A stretch of DNA of 64,000 nt. Source: Somniosus microcephalus (taxonomy: Eukaryota). Shown one piece after another: positions 35,948 to 47,571 of the stretch. The DNA lies in contig CM126205.1 in the NCBI GenBank assembly GCA_052327205.1, positions 322,276,001-322,340,000 of the forward strand, written 5' to 3'. The notes below the pieces were generated by a model, which saw only the letters and a program-made list of their open reading frames with translations, was not told the origin of the DNA and did not search any database. The translations under genes were made by a program, and so were the position numbers. Position 1 is the first letter of the stretch, and each line of letters opens with the position of its first letter.

Positions 35948-36500
35948 TCCACCATTTACAAGGCACAAGTCGGGAGTGTGATGGAATACTCTGCACTTGC
36001 CTGGATGAGTGCAGCTCCAACAACACTCAAGAAGCTCGACACCATCCAGGACAATGCAGCCCGTTTGATTGGCACCCCATCCACCACTTTAAACATTCAC
36101 TCCCTCCACCACCAGCGCACCGTGGCTGCAGTGTGTACCATCTACAAGATGCACTGCAGCAACTCGCCAAGGCTTCTTCGGCAGCACCTCCTAAACCTGC
36201 GGCCTCTACCACCAAGAAGGACAAGGGCAGCAGGCGCATGGGAACATCACCACCTCCAAGTTCCCCTCCAAGTCACACACTATCCCGACTTGGAAATATT
36301 TCGGCCGTTCCTTCATCGTAACTGGGACAAAGTCCTGGAACTCCCTCCCTAACAGCACTATGGGAGGACCTTCACCACACGGACTGCAGCGGTTCAAGAA
36401 GGCGGCTCACCACCACCTTCTCAAGGGCAATTAGGGATGGGCAATAAATGCTGGCATTGCCAGCGACGCTCACATCCCGAGAATGAATAATAAAAAAAAC
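35948..36500 (+). mobile_element. 3' fragment of the 12425-20730 LINE family (continues from about 32775-32813)
   Basis: MEYSALAWMSAAPTTLKKLDTIQ..HSLHHQR; tail gggcaataaatgctgg..gaatgaataa. Confidence 0.88.
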
Positions 36501-36639
36501 ATTGCCAGTCAGCCGTGACGCATATTTGAACCTGACAGAGTGGGATTGTTGATTTAACAATGACATTCCGATTCATGGCTCCCATCCCGGGCCGACTCTA
36601 CTTTTTGATGTGTTTTTTCTCATATTGGAAACCACTGAA

Positions 36640-37225
36640 ACAACAAACTTGCATTTTTATAGCGCCTTTCACAACCTCAGAATGCCCCACAGAGCTTTAC
36701 AGCCAATGAAGTATTCTTGAAGCATAGTCACTGTAATGTTGGGAAACGCGACAGCCAATTTATGCACAGCAAGCTCCCATAAACAGCAGTGATCAGATAA
36801 TCTGATTTTAGTGGTGTTGGTTGAGGGATACAGGAAACTTTCTGGTATCCGGCACGGACGGGACCGAGCTGGTGCCGGTCTATCAACAATGCCGGAGAAT
36901 CGAGCGCTATAGTTAAAAGATACAGAGCTCAGCGCTCCGTCTAAAGCAACAAACCCTGTTGCTAACAGCTTCAAAACAATCAGCACAGCTTGCAAGCGTC
37001 TCTGTAGCTTAGCAACAGCTTCAGTTAGACGCTTGCACAGCCAGAAATGAGTAAAAAAAAAAGTAACTAAAAATAAAAAAAGTTATCTGAACCGACTCCT
37101 GAATTTTGCCGGTTAACCGACATTTCCGGTTATTTAGTGGCCAGTTAATCGAAAGTTTCCTGTACATATTAGCCCGGCCACCTGGGGAGAACTCCACTGC
37201 CCTTCTTCCAAATAGTGCCGTGGGG
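36640..37225 (-). mobile_element. Deu-SINE fragment interrupted by a MITE
   Basis: SINE body continues across the insertion (ttgagggata | catattagcc). Confidence 0.78.
36831..37162. mobile_element. Tc1/mariner (pogo/Tigger-like) MITE, 332 bp
   Basis: TIR CAGGAAACTTTC / GAAAGTTTCCTG; TA TSD (36829-36830 / 37163-37164). Confidence 0.88.
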
Positions 37226-38225
37226 CGCAACCATTTCTGATTTTCACTTCAAGCTTCTACCTTCAACGACAGGGATTTTTGTTTAAAAATCCTTCTCAAC
37301 TCCTTGCGGCGATTTTCTCCCTTTCTCTGGCCTTTGCTGGGGTGTGGTTCCACGGGCAACATCCGCAATCCAATACGCAGCTTCTTCGTGCGGGAGCCCA
37401 GTGAGTGTCGGCGGGTCGTTTGATGGTAGAGGGTACGGCAGCGGAGCCCGGCCCGGCCGTGCCTTCGCCCGTCGCCCCTCTGCGTACCTCTCCGACTGGG
37501 CAGTGTTGCCCCAGCTACCAACCTGGCTGAAGTTGGCCAATTGGCAAACAGACCCAAGGTTAAACCTGGGACCTTGTGTTCCACGTGGCTTAGGCCGCTA
37601 ACGTCTTTAAGGAACTGAATGTTTTTACAACCGGTGCGTGTAGAGTTTTCCTTCCAGTTGACGTTGAGAAATTGGCTTTTTCCCTGATTGTTGAGGCTTT
37701 TCCTGCAGACGCTGTGTCATAGAGTCATAGAGCACAGAAAGAGGCCCTTCGGCCCATCGTGTCCGCACCTGCCATCAAGCCCTATCTATTCTAATCCCAT
37801 TTTCCAGCATTTGGTCCGTAGCCTTGTATGTAATGGCGTTTCAAGTGCTCATCTAAAAGCATAAAAGAGAAGTCATTTTCTTTTGGTCTTATTTAAATAG
37901 CTGTAGAAGAATCCGAGCTCGCCCCTTGAACAGAAGGATGTGCGGCTCACAAGACCCATTGTGTCGCAGGTTTATTGTGGAGGGGTGAGCCTGAGCAGGC
38001 CGTGCGACCGTTTGAGGCTGTAGGAGCAGGGTTCGGTCTGGGCCTCATCCCAAGGAAAGTAAGAAAGAACTTGCATTTATACAGCATCTTTCGCAACCTC
38101 ATGACGTCCCAAAGCGCTTTACAGCCAATGAAGTAATTTTTTGAAGTGTAGTCACTGTTGTAATGTAAGAAACACGGCAGTCAATTTGCACACAGCAAGC
38201 TCCTACAAACAGCAATGAGATAATA

Positions 38226-38520
38226 GAGTCATATAGTCATAGAGTTATACAGCACAGAAAGAGGCCCTTCGGCCCATCGTGTCCGCACCGGCCATCAAGT
38301 CCTGTCTATTCTAATCTTATTTTCCAGCACTTGGTCCGTAGCCTTGTATGCTATGGCGTTTCAAGTGCTCATCTAAATGCTTCTTGAATGTTGTGAGGGT
38401 TCCTGCCTCTACCACCCTTTCAGGCACTGAGTTCCAGATTCCAACCACCCTCTGGGTGAAAAAGTTTTTCCTCCAATCCCCTCTAAACCTCCTGCCCCTT
38501 ACCTTGAAACTATGCCCCCT
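38226..38520 (-). mobile_element. CR1 LINE 3' tail
   Basis: Reverse-strand FFTQRVVGIWNS and 3' UTR. Confidence 0.8.
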
Positions 38521-38914
38521 CTACTCTTCTCCTTTCCTGATGGATATTTTCCCATAAATGCCCACAGGGGTGCTTTAAGTCTGGTAACAATCATTGGACG
38601 CACATAATCCTTCCTGGCTGCTTTGCGCGCCCTGTCATGTCCCAGTTTAGTTTTAATGGCTCCAGTCTATTAATGGAATCTTCATGTATCCCCGTATCCT
38701 GCGGAGAGCTGCAGCAGACGGCCCACTTCACGACGCTCCGCCCGATATTGTGGAACCACTTCTTCTACATGAAGTGTGTCTGCAGTCCGCCGGGGCGCTC
38801 ACCGCCCTCTGGGTGGCCTTTCTTATTCTGTAGAGCAATTCTGTCTGAAAGGGACGGTGGAAGCAGGATCGATGGTAACGTTGAAAAGGTAGTCGGGCCT
38901 TCCAGCACTGACCA

Positions 38915-39490
38915 CGCTTCAAAAAGGACCGCATTGCCTCTGCAAGATCCTGCAAATCCATTGGCAGGATAGGCGCACCAACGTCAGTGTTCTTGCTCAG
39001 GCCAACATCCCCAGCATCGAAGCTTTGACCACGCTCAATCAGCTCCGATGGACGGGTCACATTGTCCGCATGCCCGATACAAGACTCCCAAAACAAGCGC
39101 TCTACTCGGAGCTCCGACACGGCAAGAGAGCCCCAGGTGGGCAAAGGAAACGCTTTAAGGACACCCTCAAAGCCTCCTTGAAAAAGTGTAACATCCCCAC
39201 CGACACCTGGGAATCCCTGGTCCAAGACCGCACAAAGTGGAGGAGAAGCATCTGGGAAGGCGCCGAACACCTCGAGTCTCTTCGCCGGGAGCAAGCGGAA
39301 GCCAAGCGCAGGCAGCGAAAGGAGCGCACGTCAACCCAAGCACCCCACCCACCTGCCCCTTCAACCACCGTCTGCCCCACCTGTGACAGAGACTGTAGGT
39401 CCCGCATTGGACTAATCAGTCACCTGAGAACTCATTTTTAATGTGGAAGCAAGTCATCCTCGGTTCCGAGGGACTGCCTAAGAAGAAGAT
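38915..39490 (+). mobile_element. RTE-clade LINE 3' fragment
   Basis: LRWTGHIVRMPDTRLPK..GGQRKRFKD and terminal CPTC..C..RIGLISHLRTH zinc finger; aagaagaaga tail. Confidence 0.9.
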
Positions 39491-40104
39491 TGGGTGTGAA
39501 GTGCTTAGAGACGTCCTGAGGTGGTGAAAGGCGCTATATACATGCAAGTCTTTCTTTCTTTCTAATGATGTATTCATCTTGAATATGAGAATTTAGAGGA
39601 GTTGTCTAGTATCAGCCAATACTGAATCACCATTTCAGTTTAGCAACTGGTTGGATCTAGCCTTGAGCTTTGGTTTGGTTCGGTGCTAAACTGCCATATT
39701 CCCAAGCGAGAGTGATTACCTGCGGGATAGGAGAAGGGTGATAACGGGTTTAAGAGAGGGCGCGGGGAATGAAAATCAATGAGTCCTTGCTGACTGAGGC
39801 TTGTCTTATACAATTTAATAATAGATTGTGTTTATGTCCCGAGTCTGTAGAGGGGCTGGTTCTCTTTCACTGTCAAACTTGAGACTAGATTAATTGACAG
39901 CAACGTGATAAAAAGCAGAAGCTAAGGCCACCGCACGAACCGAGGGCAACGATGACTTTACTCCTCACACCTCCCCGCTCCTTCCCCCCACCGCACAGGT
40001 TCTCCAATCCTGGGATTTGCAGGGATTGGGAATGTTCAAGTTCCATAAATCCCAGCTGACAAAAAAAAAAGAGATGAATAAATAAAAAGAATCTCCGGAG
40101 TTGA

Positions 40105-40800
40105 GGGAGCGGTAGTGTAGCGGTTATATTGCCGGACTAATGATCCTGACAAAGCAAGTTCAAATCCCACCACGTCACTTCGAGAATTTGAATTTTTTTT
40201 TTTTATAAATACCTGGAAATAAAAATCTTGTATCAGTAAAAGTGACCATGAAGTTGTTGGTCGAATTGTGGTTCACTAATGTCCTTTAGGGAAGGAAACC
40301 TGCCGTCCTTCCCCAATACGTGACTCCAGACCCACACCAACAGGGCTGAGTCTTAATTGTTCTCTGAAGTGGCCCAGTAAGTCACTCAGTTGTACCAAAT
40401 TGCTGCCAGCGGTTCGAGACGGCGGCTCACCACCTTCATCTTGGTTGGATCTAGTCTTGAGCTTTGGTTTGGTTCGGTGCTAAACTGCCATATTCCCAAG
40501 CGAGAGTGATTATCTGCGGGATAGGAGAAGGGTGATAACGGGTTTAAGAGAGGGCGCGGGGAATGAAAATCAATGAGGCCTTGCTGACCTTATACAATTT
40601 AATAGATTGTGTTTATGTCCCGAGTCTGTAGAGGGGCTGGTTCTCTTTTACTGTCAAACTTGAGACTAGATTAATTGACAGCAACGTGATAAAAAGCAGA
40701 CGCTAAGGCTCCACCACCACCTTCTCAAGGCAACTAGGGATGGACGATAAAATGCTGGCCTTGCCAGCGACGCCCACATCCCGAGGATGAATTTAAAAAA
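40105..40800 (+). mobile_element. tRNA-derived SINE sharing head and tail with the 12425-20730 LINE; tail split by a 270-bp local duplication
   Basis: A/B boxes (40113, 40158); body ggttcactaatgtcctttagggaaggaaa..gtgactccagacccac (recalled as Meta-domain-like); LINE tail at 40404-40437 and 40710-40800. Confidence 0.8.
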
Positions 40801-40989
40801 AACGTTTGTGCAGGAGTTCTCTTCTTCATTTAAGGGAGCATCGATTTCCATGTTTCCACCCCAACAATCCTCGCGTTTAAAGTTTTTTGAAGAGGTGATG
40901 TAAATAGCAGTGCATCTTTTCACTATTTGCATGTAATAAAATCCCAAACCAATTAAAACCACTAACCTTGTTTATCCTCCTCTTTCCCA

Positions 40990-42135
40990 CTTGATGGCTC
41001 GTCTTCCACCCTCCATAAACTTGAACTCACCCAACACTCGGCTGCCCGTGTCCTAACTCGCACCGAGTCCCGTTCACCCATCACCCCTGTGCTCACTGCC
41101 CCGTGTCCTAACTCGCACCGAGTCCCGTTCACCCATCACCCCCTGTGCTCACTGCCCCGTGTCCTAACTCGCACCGAGTCCCGTTCACCCATCACCCCCT
41201 GTGCTCACTGCCCCATGTCCTAACTCGCACCGAGTCCCGTTCACCCATCACTCCTGTGCTCACTGCACCGTGTCCTAACTCGCACCGAGTCCCGTTCACC
41301 CATCACCCCCTGTGCTCACTGCCCCGTGCCCTAACTCGCACCGAGTCCCGTTCACCCATCACCCCCTGTGCTCACTGCCCCGTGTCCTAACTCGCACCGA
41401 GTCCCGTTCACCCATCACCCCTGTGCTCACTGCCCCGTGTCCTAACTCGCACCAAGTCCCGTTCACCCATCACCCCTGTGCTCACTGCCCCGTGTCCTAA
41501 CTCGCACCAAGTCCTGTTCACCCATCACTCCCCTGTACTCACTGCCCCATGTCCTAACTCGCACCCGGTCCCGTTCACCCATCACCCCGTGCTCACTGCC
41601 CCGTGTCCTAACTCACACCCGGTTCCGTTCACCCATCACCCCGTGCTCACTGCCCCGTGTCCTAACTCGCACCAAGTCCCGTTCACCCATCACCCCCTGT
41701 GCTCGCTGACCTACATTGGCTCCCAGTCTGGCAACACCTCGAATTAAAAATTCTCATCCTTGTTTTCAAATCCCTCCACGGCCTCGCCCCCTCCCTAGCT
41801 CTGTAACCTCCTCCAGTCCTACAAGCCTCTGAGATCTCTGCGCTCCTCCAATTCTGGCCTCTTGCACAGCCCCGATTTTAATCGCTCCACCTTTGGCGGC
41901 TGTGCCTTCAACCATCTGGATCCTAAGCTCTGGAATTCCCTCCCTAAACCTCTCTGCCTCTCTTACCTCTCTCTCTCCTCCTTTAAGACGCTCCTTAAAA
42001 CCTAGTTTTTGGTGACTTGTCCTAATATCTCCCTATGTGGCTTGGTGTTAAATTTTTTTTTGATAACTCTCCTGTGAAGCACCTTGGGATGTTTTACTAC
42101 ATTAAAGGTGCTATATAAATGCAAGCTGTTGTTAT
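40990..42135 (+). mobile_element. L2 LINE 3' fragment containing an internal minisatellite
   Basis: KLEL.Q..AARVLTRT..PITP..L.DLHWLP context and L2 tail. Confidence 0.88.
41043..41706. repeat. 55-56-bp L2-derived minisatellite, about 12 copies
   Basis: Unit ctgccccgtgtcctaactcgcaccgagtcccgttcacccatcaccccctgtgctca. Confidence 0.95.
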
Positions 42136-42136
42136 T

Positions 42137-42330
42137 GATGTGCGGGTTAGGTTGATTGGCTATGATAAATTGACCCTTAGTGTTAGGGGGATTAAATACG
42201 TGGGGTTACAGGGATAGGGTGGGATATGTGTTGGTGTAGGGGTTACGGGGATCGGATGGGATATGTGTCGGTGCAGGCTTGATGGGCCGAAATGGCCTCT
42301 ATCTGCACTGTGGGGTTTCTGTGATTCTGT
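42137..42330 (+). mobile_element. 5'-truncated V-SINE (HE1-like)
   Basis: Nearly identical to the 3' half of the element at 55728-56070. Confidence 0.8.
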
Positions 42331-42879
42331 GAATACTGAGTAGAGCTCCATTGGCGTTGACAACCGTTGACTATCTTGCATGCGCAGTTATTTTTCATGC
42401 ATGGACTCAGCCGTTGGGTATCGGCGGGCTAATTGACACCCAATCGATCACATACTTTTCACGCGTGCACGATTCAGTGGGAATCACTGGCTAGTGATCA
42501 GCACTGCGAATCTTGGCTAATTCCCCACCCTCAGCCAATTAAAATATCCCGACGACTATCTCCCCCCCCCACCCCCCACCGCCCCCTCTCCCTTCCAGCT
42601 GAGGTAGGTAACTGAGCGCAGATCAAGGATTGAATCTGGGGCATTTCTGGTCAGAATAGCAGTTCAGTGCTGGTCACTGCATTTACCGCCTGAGTATTTG
42701 GAGTATTCCACTAGTTTACCAAATTTTTTTGGTGGACGGGAACCATGTGTTTCCATCAAGATAGTAAACTGAAGAACCTCAACCTTGTGTATGTCTTGAT
42801 GACCAGTTGAGATTGGGTGAGCAATCCTGATGGAAAGGTCACCTGCGACACACTCAGGCGGGGTGGGAAGTGGGGGAAT

Positions 42880-45305
42880 AAGGAGATTGAAACCCTCATC
42901 CATACTTCTGTTAGCCTCCAGACTTGACCATTCCAGGTTTCTCGTTCCGCCCATCCATAAATTTGAGCTTGTCCAAAACTCTCCTGCCCTTGTCCTAACT
43001 CGCACCAAGTCTCGTTCACCCATCACCCCCTGTGCTCACTGCCCCATGTCCTAACTCGCACCAAGTCCCGTTCGCCCATCACCCCGTGCTCACTGCCCCG
43101 TGTCCTAACTCGCACCAAGTCCCGTTCGCCCATCACCCCCTGTGCTGACTGCCCCGTGTCCTAACTCACACCAAGTCCCGTTCACCCATCACCCCCTGTG
43201 CTCACTGCACCGTGTCCTAACTCGCACCAAGTCCCGTTCGCCCATCACCCCCTGTGCTGACTGCCCCGTGTCCTAACTCACACCCAGTCCCGTTCGCCCA
43301 TCACCCCCTGTGCTCACTGCCCCGTGTCCTAACTCGCACCAAGTCCCGTTCACCCATCACCCCCTGTGCTCACTGCCCCGTATCCTAACTCGCACCGAGT
43401 CCCGTTCACCCATCACCCCGTGCTCACTGCCCCGTGTCCTAACTCGCACCGAGTCCCATTCACCCATCACCCCCTGTGCTCACTGCCCCGTGTCCTAACT
43501 CACACCAAGTCCCGTTCACCCATCACCCCCTGTGCTCACTGCCCCGTGTCCTAACTCGCACCGAGTCCCGTTCGCCCATCACCCCGTGCTCACTGCCCCG
43601 TGTCCTAACTCGCACCAAGTCCCGTTTACCCATCACCCCCTGTGCTCACTGCCCCGTGTCCTAACTCGCACCGAGTCCCGTTCGCCCATCACCCCCTGTG
43701 CTCACTGCCCCGTGTCCTAACTCGCACTGAGTCCCGTTCGCCCATCACCCCCTGTGCTCACTGCCCCGTGTCCTAACTCACACCCAGTCCCGTTCGCCCA
43801 TCACCCCCTGTGCTCACTGCCCCGTGTCCTAACTCGCACCAAGTCCCGTTCGCCCATCACCCCCTGTGCTCACTGCCCCGTGTCCTAACTCGCACCAAGT
43901 CCCGTTCGCCCATCACCCCCTGTGCTCGCTGCCCCGTGTCCTAACTCGCACCGAGTCCCGTTCGCCCATCACCCCCTGTGCTCACTGCCCCGTATCCTAA
44001 CTCGCACCGAGTCCCGTTCACCCATCACCCCTGTGCTCACTGCCCCGTGTCCTAACTCGCACCAAGTCCCGTTCGCCCATCACCCCCTGTGCTCGCTGCC
44101 CCGTGTCCTAACTCACACCAAGTCCCGTTCGCCCATCACCCCCTGTGCTCGCTGCCCCGTGTCCTAACTCACACCCAGTCCCGTTCACCCATCACCCCCT
44201 GTGCTCACTGCCCCGTGTCCTAACTCACACCGAGTCCCGTTCGCCCATCACCCCCTGTGCTCACTGCCCCGTATCCTAACTCGCACCAAGTCCCGTTCGC
44301 CCATCACCCCGTGCTCGCTGCCCCGTGTCCTAACTCGCACCGAGTCCCGTTCGCCCATCACCCCCTGTGTTCACTGCCCCGTGTCCTAACTCACACCCAG
44401 TCCCGTTCGCCCATCACCCCGTGCTCGCTGCCCCGTGTCCTAACTCACACCAAGTCCCGTTCGCCCATCACCCCCTGTGCTCGCTGCCCCGTGTCCTAAC
44501 TCACACCCAGTCCCGTTCACCCATCACCCCCTGTGCTCACTGCCCCGTGTCCTAACTCACACCGAGTCCCGTTCGCCCATCACCCCCTGTGCTCACTGCC
44601 CCGTATCCTAACTCGCACCAAGTCCCGTTCGCCCATCACCCCGTGCTCGCTGCCCCGTGTCCTAACTCGCACCGAGTCCCGTTCGCCCATCACCCCCTGT
44701 GTTCACTGCCCCGTGTCCTAACTCACACCCAGTCCCGTTCGCCCATCACCCCGTGCTCGCTGCCCCGTGTCCTAACTCACACCAAGTCCCGTTCACCCAT
44801 CACCCCCTGTGCTCGCTGCCCCGTGTCCTAACTCACACCAAGTCCCGTTCGCCCATCACCCCCTGTGCTCGCTGACCAACATTGGCTCCCGGTCCGGCAA
44901 CGCCTCGATTTTACAAATCTCATCCTTGTGTTCAGATCTCTCCATCGCCTCGCCCCCCCCCCCCCATCTCGGTAACATCCAGCAGCCCCACAACCCTTTG
45001 AGAACTCTGTGTTCCTCCAATTCTGGCTTCTTGTCCATCCCTCACTTCTAACGTCCCACCACTGGCAGCCATGCCTTCCACCGTCTCGGCCCTAAGCTCA
45101 AAAATTCACTCCCTAGACCTCTCCGCCTCTCCACCTCCCCTCTCCTCCTTTAAGACCCTCCTTAAAACCTACCTCTTTGACCAAGCTTTTGGTCCCAATG
45201 TCTCCTTCTTTGGCTTGGTATCAATTAGTGACTGACTACGCACCTGTGAAGCGCCTTGGGACGTTTTACTAATTTAAGGGCGCTATATAAATGCAAGTTG
45301 TTGTT
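42880..45305 (+). mobile_element. L2 LINE 3' fragment containing an internal minisatellite
   Basis: SRLDHS..HKFELVQNS before the array; attggctcccgg..L2 tail after it. Confidence 0.88.
42984..44873. repeat. 55-56-bp L2-derived minisatellite, about 34 copies, with a 332-bp higher-order repeat
   Basis: Same unit as 41043; identical translated ORFs at 44201 and 44533 show the 332-bp period. Confidence 0.95.
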
Positions 45306-46204
45306 GAGAAAAAACGAACTGTAGAAAGTAACCCTTTCAAAAAAGGAAAGGCCTCTTGTTTCTGAGTAGCGCAGATTTTCAATTTAGTTAAAGTCCTGAG
45401 CCAAGCCGAGGGTCTGCAGCAGTGTCAGAGTTGGCAAAAGCTCTTGTGAGTAACTTTACAGAAGCACCCTTTGACTCTGCTGGGATGCACTCTGGGTAAC
45501 TATTAATACACATGCATTGGCCGAACATTAGTTCACCCTGCGTAATGCGTGTGGCTTGCCTGACATTAGGCTGTGTTACCGCTGAGATTAAGCCCCCTGT
45601 GCTTGCAGTGCAGATGTGCTTCTCTTGGGGGCTGTGCATTTTTAGGTAGATTTTTTTTTTTAATTTAAAGCTAAGCCTTTCCTATAACGAGCTGTCTGAA
45701 TTTTGTCTGTCTGATCAGTTTGTCGTAGCTAAAGTTCCTCTTCCCATTTCACCACTATCTTGGTCTTTTACTTCCAACCTCCCCACCCCTTCTGAAAGAT
45801 TGGGGAATGGTTCCATGGGTGCATCGGCTGCTTGAGTTGGAGAACAGTAACATGTGCGCTGCAGCTGCACGTGCACATTTGTGACAATCAAAATATCCCC
45901 CTCGCCCCCCCACTCAATGGGACTGCACATTGAGTTGCCACCTCCTGCTTGGGTACTCGCAGGAAGATTGACCACTTGGGCACGGTACTGGAGCTGGCTT
46001 GGCATTTTACAGCCATACCCCAACACGAGCATCTCCACCAGGGGAGAGGGGGAGAAAGGGTAAGCTGTTAGAGTTAAGGACCACCACAGGCAAAGTCCTC
46101 CGCCCATGGAAGAAGTACCGGACTTTCTGAAACCGCTGCTCCTCCGGCCGGGGACGGAAACGTGCTTCTCTCTCCAAATTTTCACAACCAGCTCGGGACG
46201 TATT

Positions 46205-46720
46205 AAAGCAGAAAATACTGGAAAACTCTCAGCCGGGGCGGGTAGCATCTGTGGAGAGAGAAACAGAGGTAGCATTTCAGGTCGATGAACTTTCACCAGT
46301 GCTGGAAGAAATGAGAGATTTAACAGTTTATAAGCAAGTACAGAGCCAGGGGTAAAGGGAGCAGGGTGGGGTGGGAGATGGGGAGGAACTAACAAAAAGG
46401 GTCTGTCATAGAGTGATGGGCAGGAGTGATTAATTGACAAAAGGGATTATAGTGCAAGGCAAACAAGGTTTGGGGAGGGGGTTGGGGTAATGGGACAACA
46501 AGGATAGGTCCAGAGGAGGTGTAAATGGCAACAACAGAACCATTACCAGCACCCGCTGTCCAAGAAAATGGGAAATGAAAAAATGATTATGGTCTGAAAT
46601 TGTTGAATTGATTGTTGAGGCTGTGACGTGCCTAGTAGAAAGATCAGGCACTATTCCTTGAGCTTCCATTGAGCATCATTGGAACAGTGTCGAAGGCCAA
46701 GGACAAAAAGGTCAGAATGA
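46205..46720 (-). mobile_element. Penelope-like element 3' fragment / pseudo-LTR
   Basis: Reverse-strand remnant of the GIY-YIG C-terminus (compare 62570-62834) followed by tctctctccacagatgct.. tail. Confidence 0.72.
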
Positions 46721-46759
46721 TACTTATTAAGACTCTTGTGGACAAATATTACATAGGAT

Positions 46760-46985
46760 ATACGCACAGAAACAGACCATTCAGCCCAACCAGCCCATGC
46801 CGGCGTTTATGCTCCAATCAAGCCTCCTCCTCTCCTTCCTCATCTAACTCCATCAGCATGTCCTTCTATTCCCTTCTCCCTCATGTGCTTGTCCAGCTTC
46901 CCCTTAAATGCATCCATACTATTCGCCTCAACCACTCCCTGTGGCAGCGAGTTCCACATTCTCGCCACTTTCTGGGTGAAGACGT
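46760..46985 (-). mobile_element. CR1 LINE 3' tail
   Basis: Reverse complement of aatgtggaactcgctgccacagggagtggttgaggcgaat. Confidence 0.75.
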
Positions 46986-47122
46986 TTAATAGACGCAGTG
47001 TTAATGGACCTTTCTAACCCGCAAGCTCTCAAACTTAAGTTGCAAGTAAACCAATCTGTTTCCTTTCCAGGCACGTCTCCCAAGTCCCACCACCCTGGTA
47101 GCCAAGACGTTCGACAGACACC

Positions 47123-47276
47123 ATGGGTGTGTCACGGCTGGTGGCCTGCTGTCTGTCTGTGCCGTGCGTTCTACTTATCGTCAGGTGCAGCCTCACGGCC
47201 TCCCAGAGTGCAGAGCGTCTTCTAGAGCATGAGCTACGGTGTGGCGAGAAGGAGCATCCAACCGTGCTTTTCAGCG
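47123..47276 (+). CDS. sema5b: First coding exon (signal peptide) of a class-5 semaphorin, probably semaphorin-5B; exon spans 47071-47276
   Basis: Acceptor tcctttccag|, Kozak acaccATGG, donor |gtaaga (phase 1); MGVSRLVACCLSVPCVLLIVRCSLTA..C40-GEKEHPTVLFS matches recalled SEMA5B C-ALSKHPTVAFE with the same spacing; SEMA5A not excluded. Confidence 0.72.
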
Positions 47277-47443
47277 GTAAGAAAACTAGAATCGAAAGGA
47301 GTTACGGATACTGCCATTTTGGAGATTTCTCTGCTCGTCAAGAAACAGCGCACTTTTCCGCTTTCGTCGCTCAGTTTCAGCATCTCCTGTTTAGTCTGGT
47401 AAAACTAGTTCAGTTGGAAAACTGAGACGGATAGATTTTTACT

Positions 47444-47571
47444 AACAACAGAAAATGCTGGAAAAACTCAGCAGGCCAGGCAACATCCGTGGAGAGAGAA
47501 ACAGAGTCAATGTTTCTCTCTCCACGGATGTTGCCCTGGCCTGCTGCGTTTTTCCAGCGTTTTCTGTTGTT
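47444..47571. repeat. Near-perfect inverted repeat of a Penelope-type tail, 60-bp arms and 7-nt loop
   Basis: aacaacagaaaatgctgg..gagagaaaca gagtcaa tgtttctctc..ttttctgttgtt. Confidence 0.9.

Noticed and set aside
41145-45051. Many Pro/His/Cys-rich short ORFs
   Set aside because: Frame-shifting translations of the 55-56-bp minisatellite
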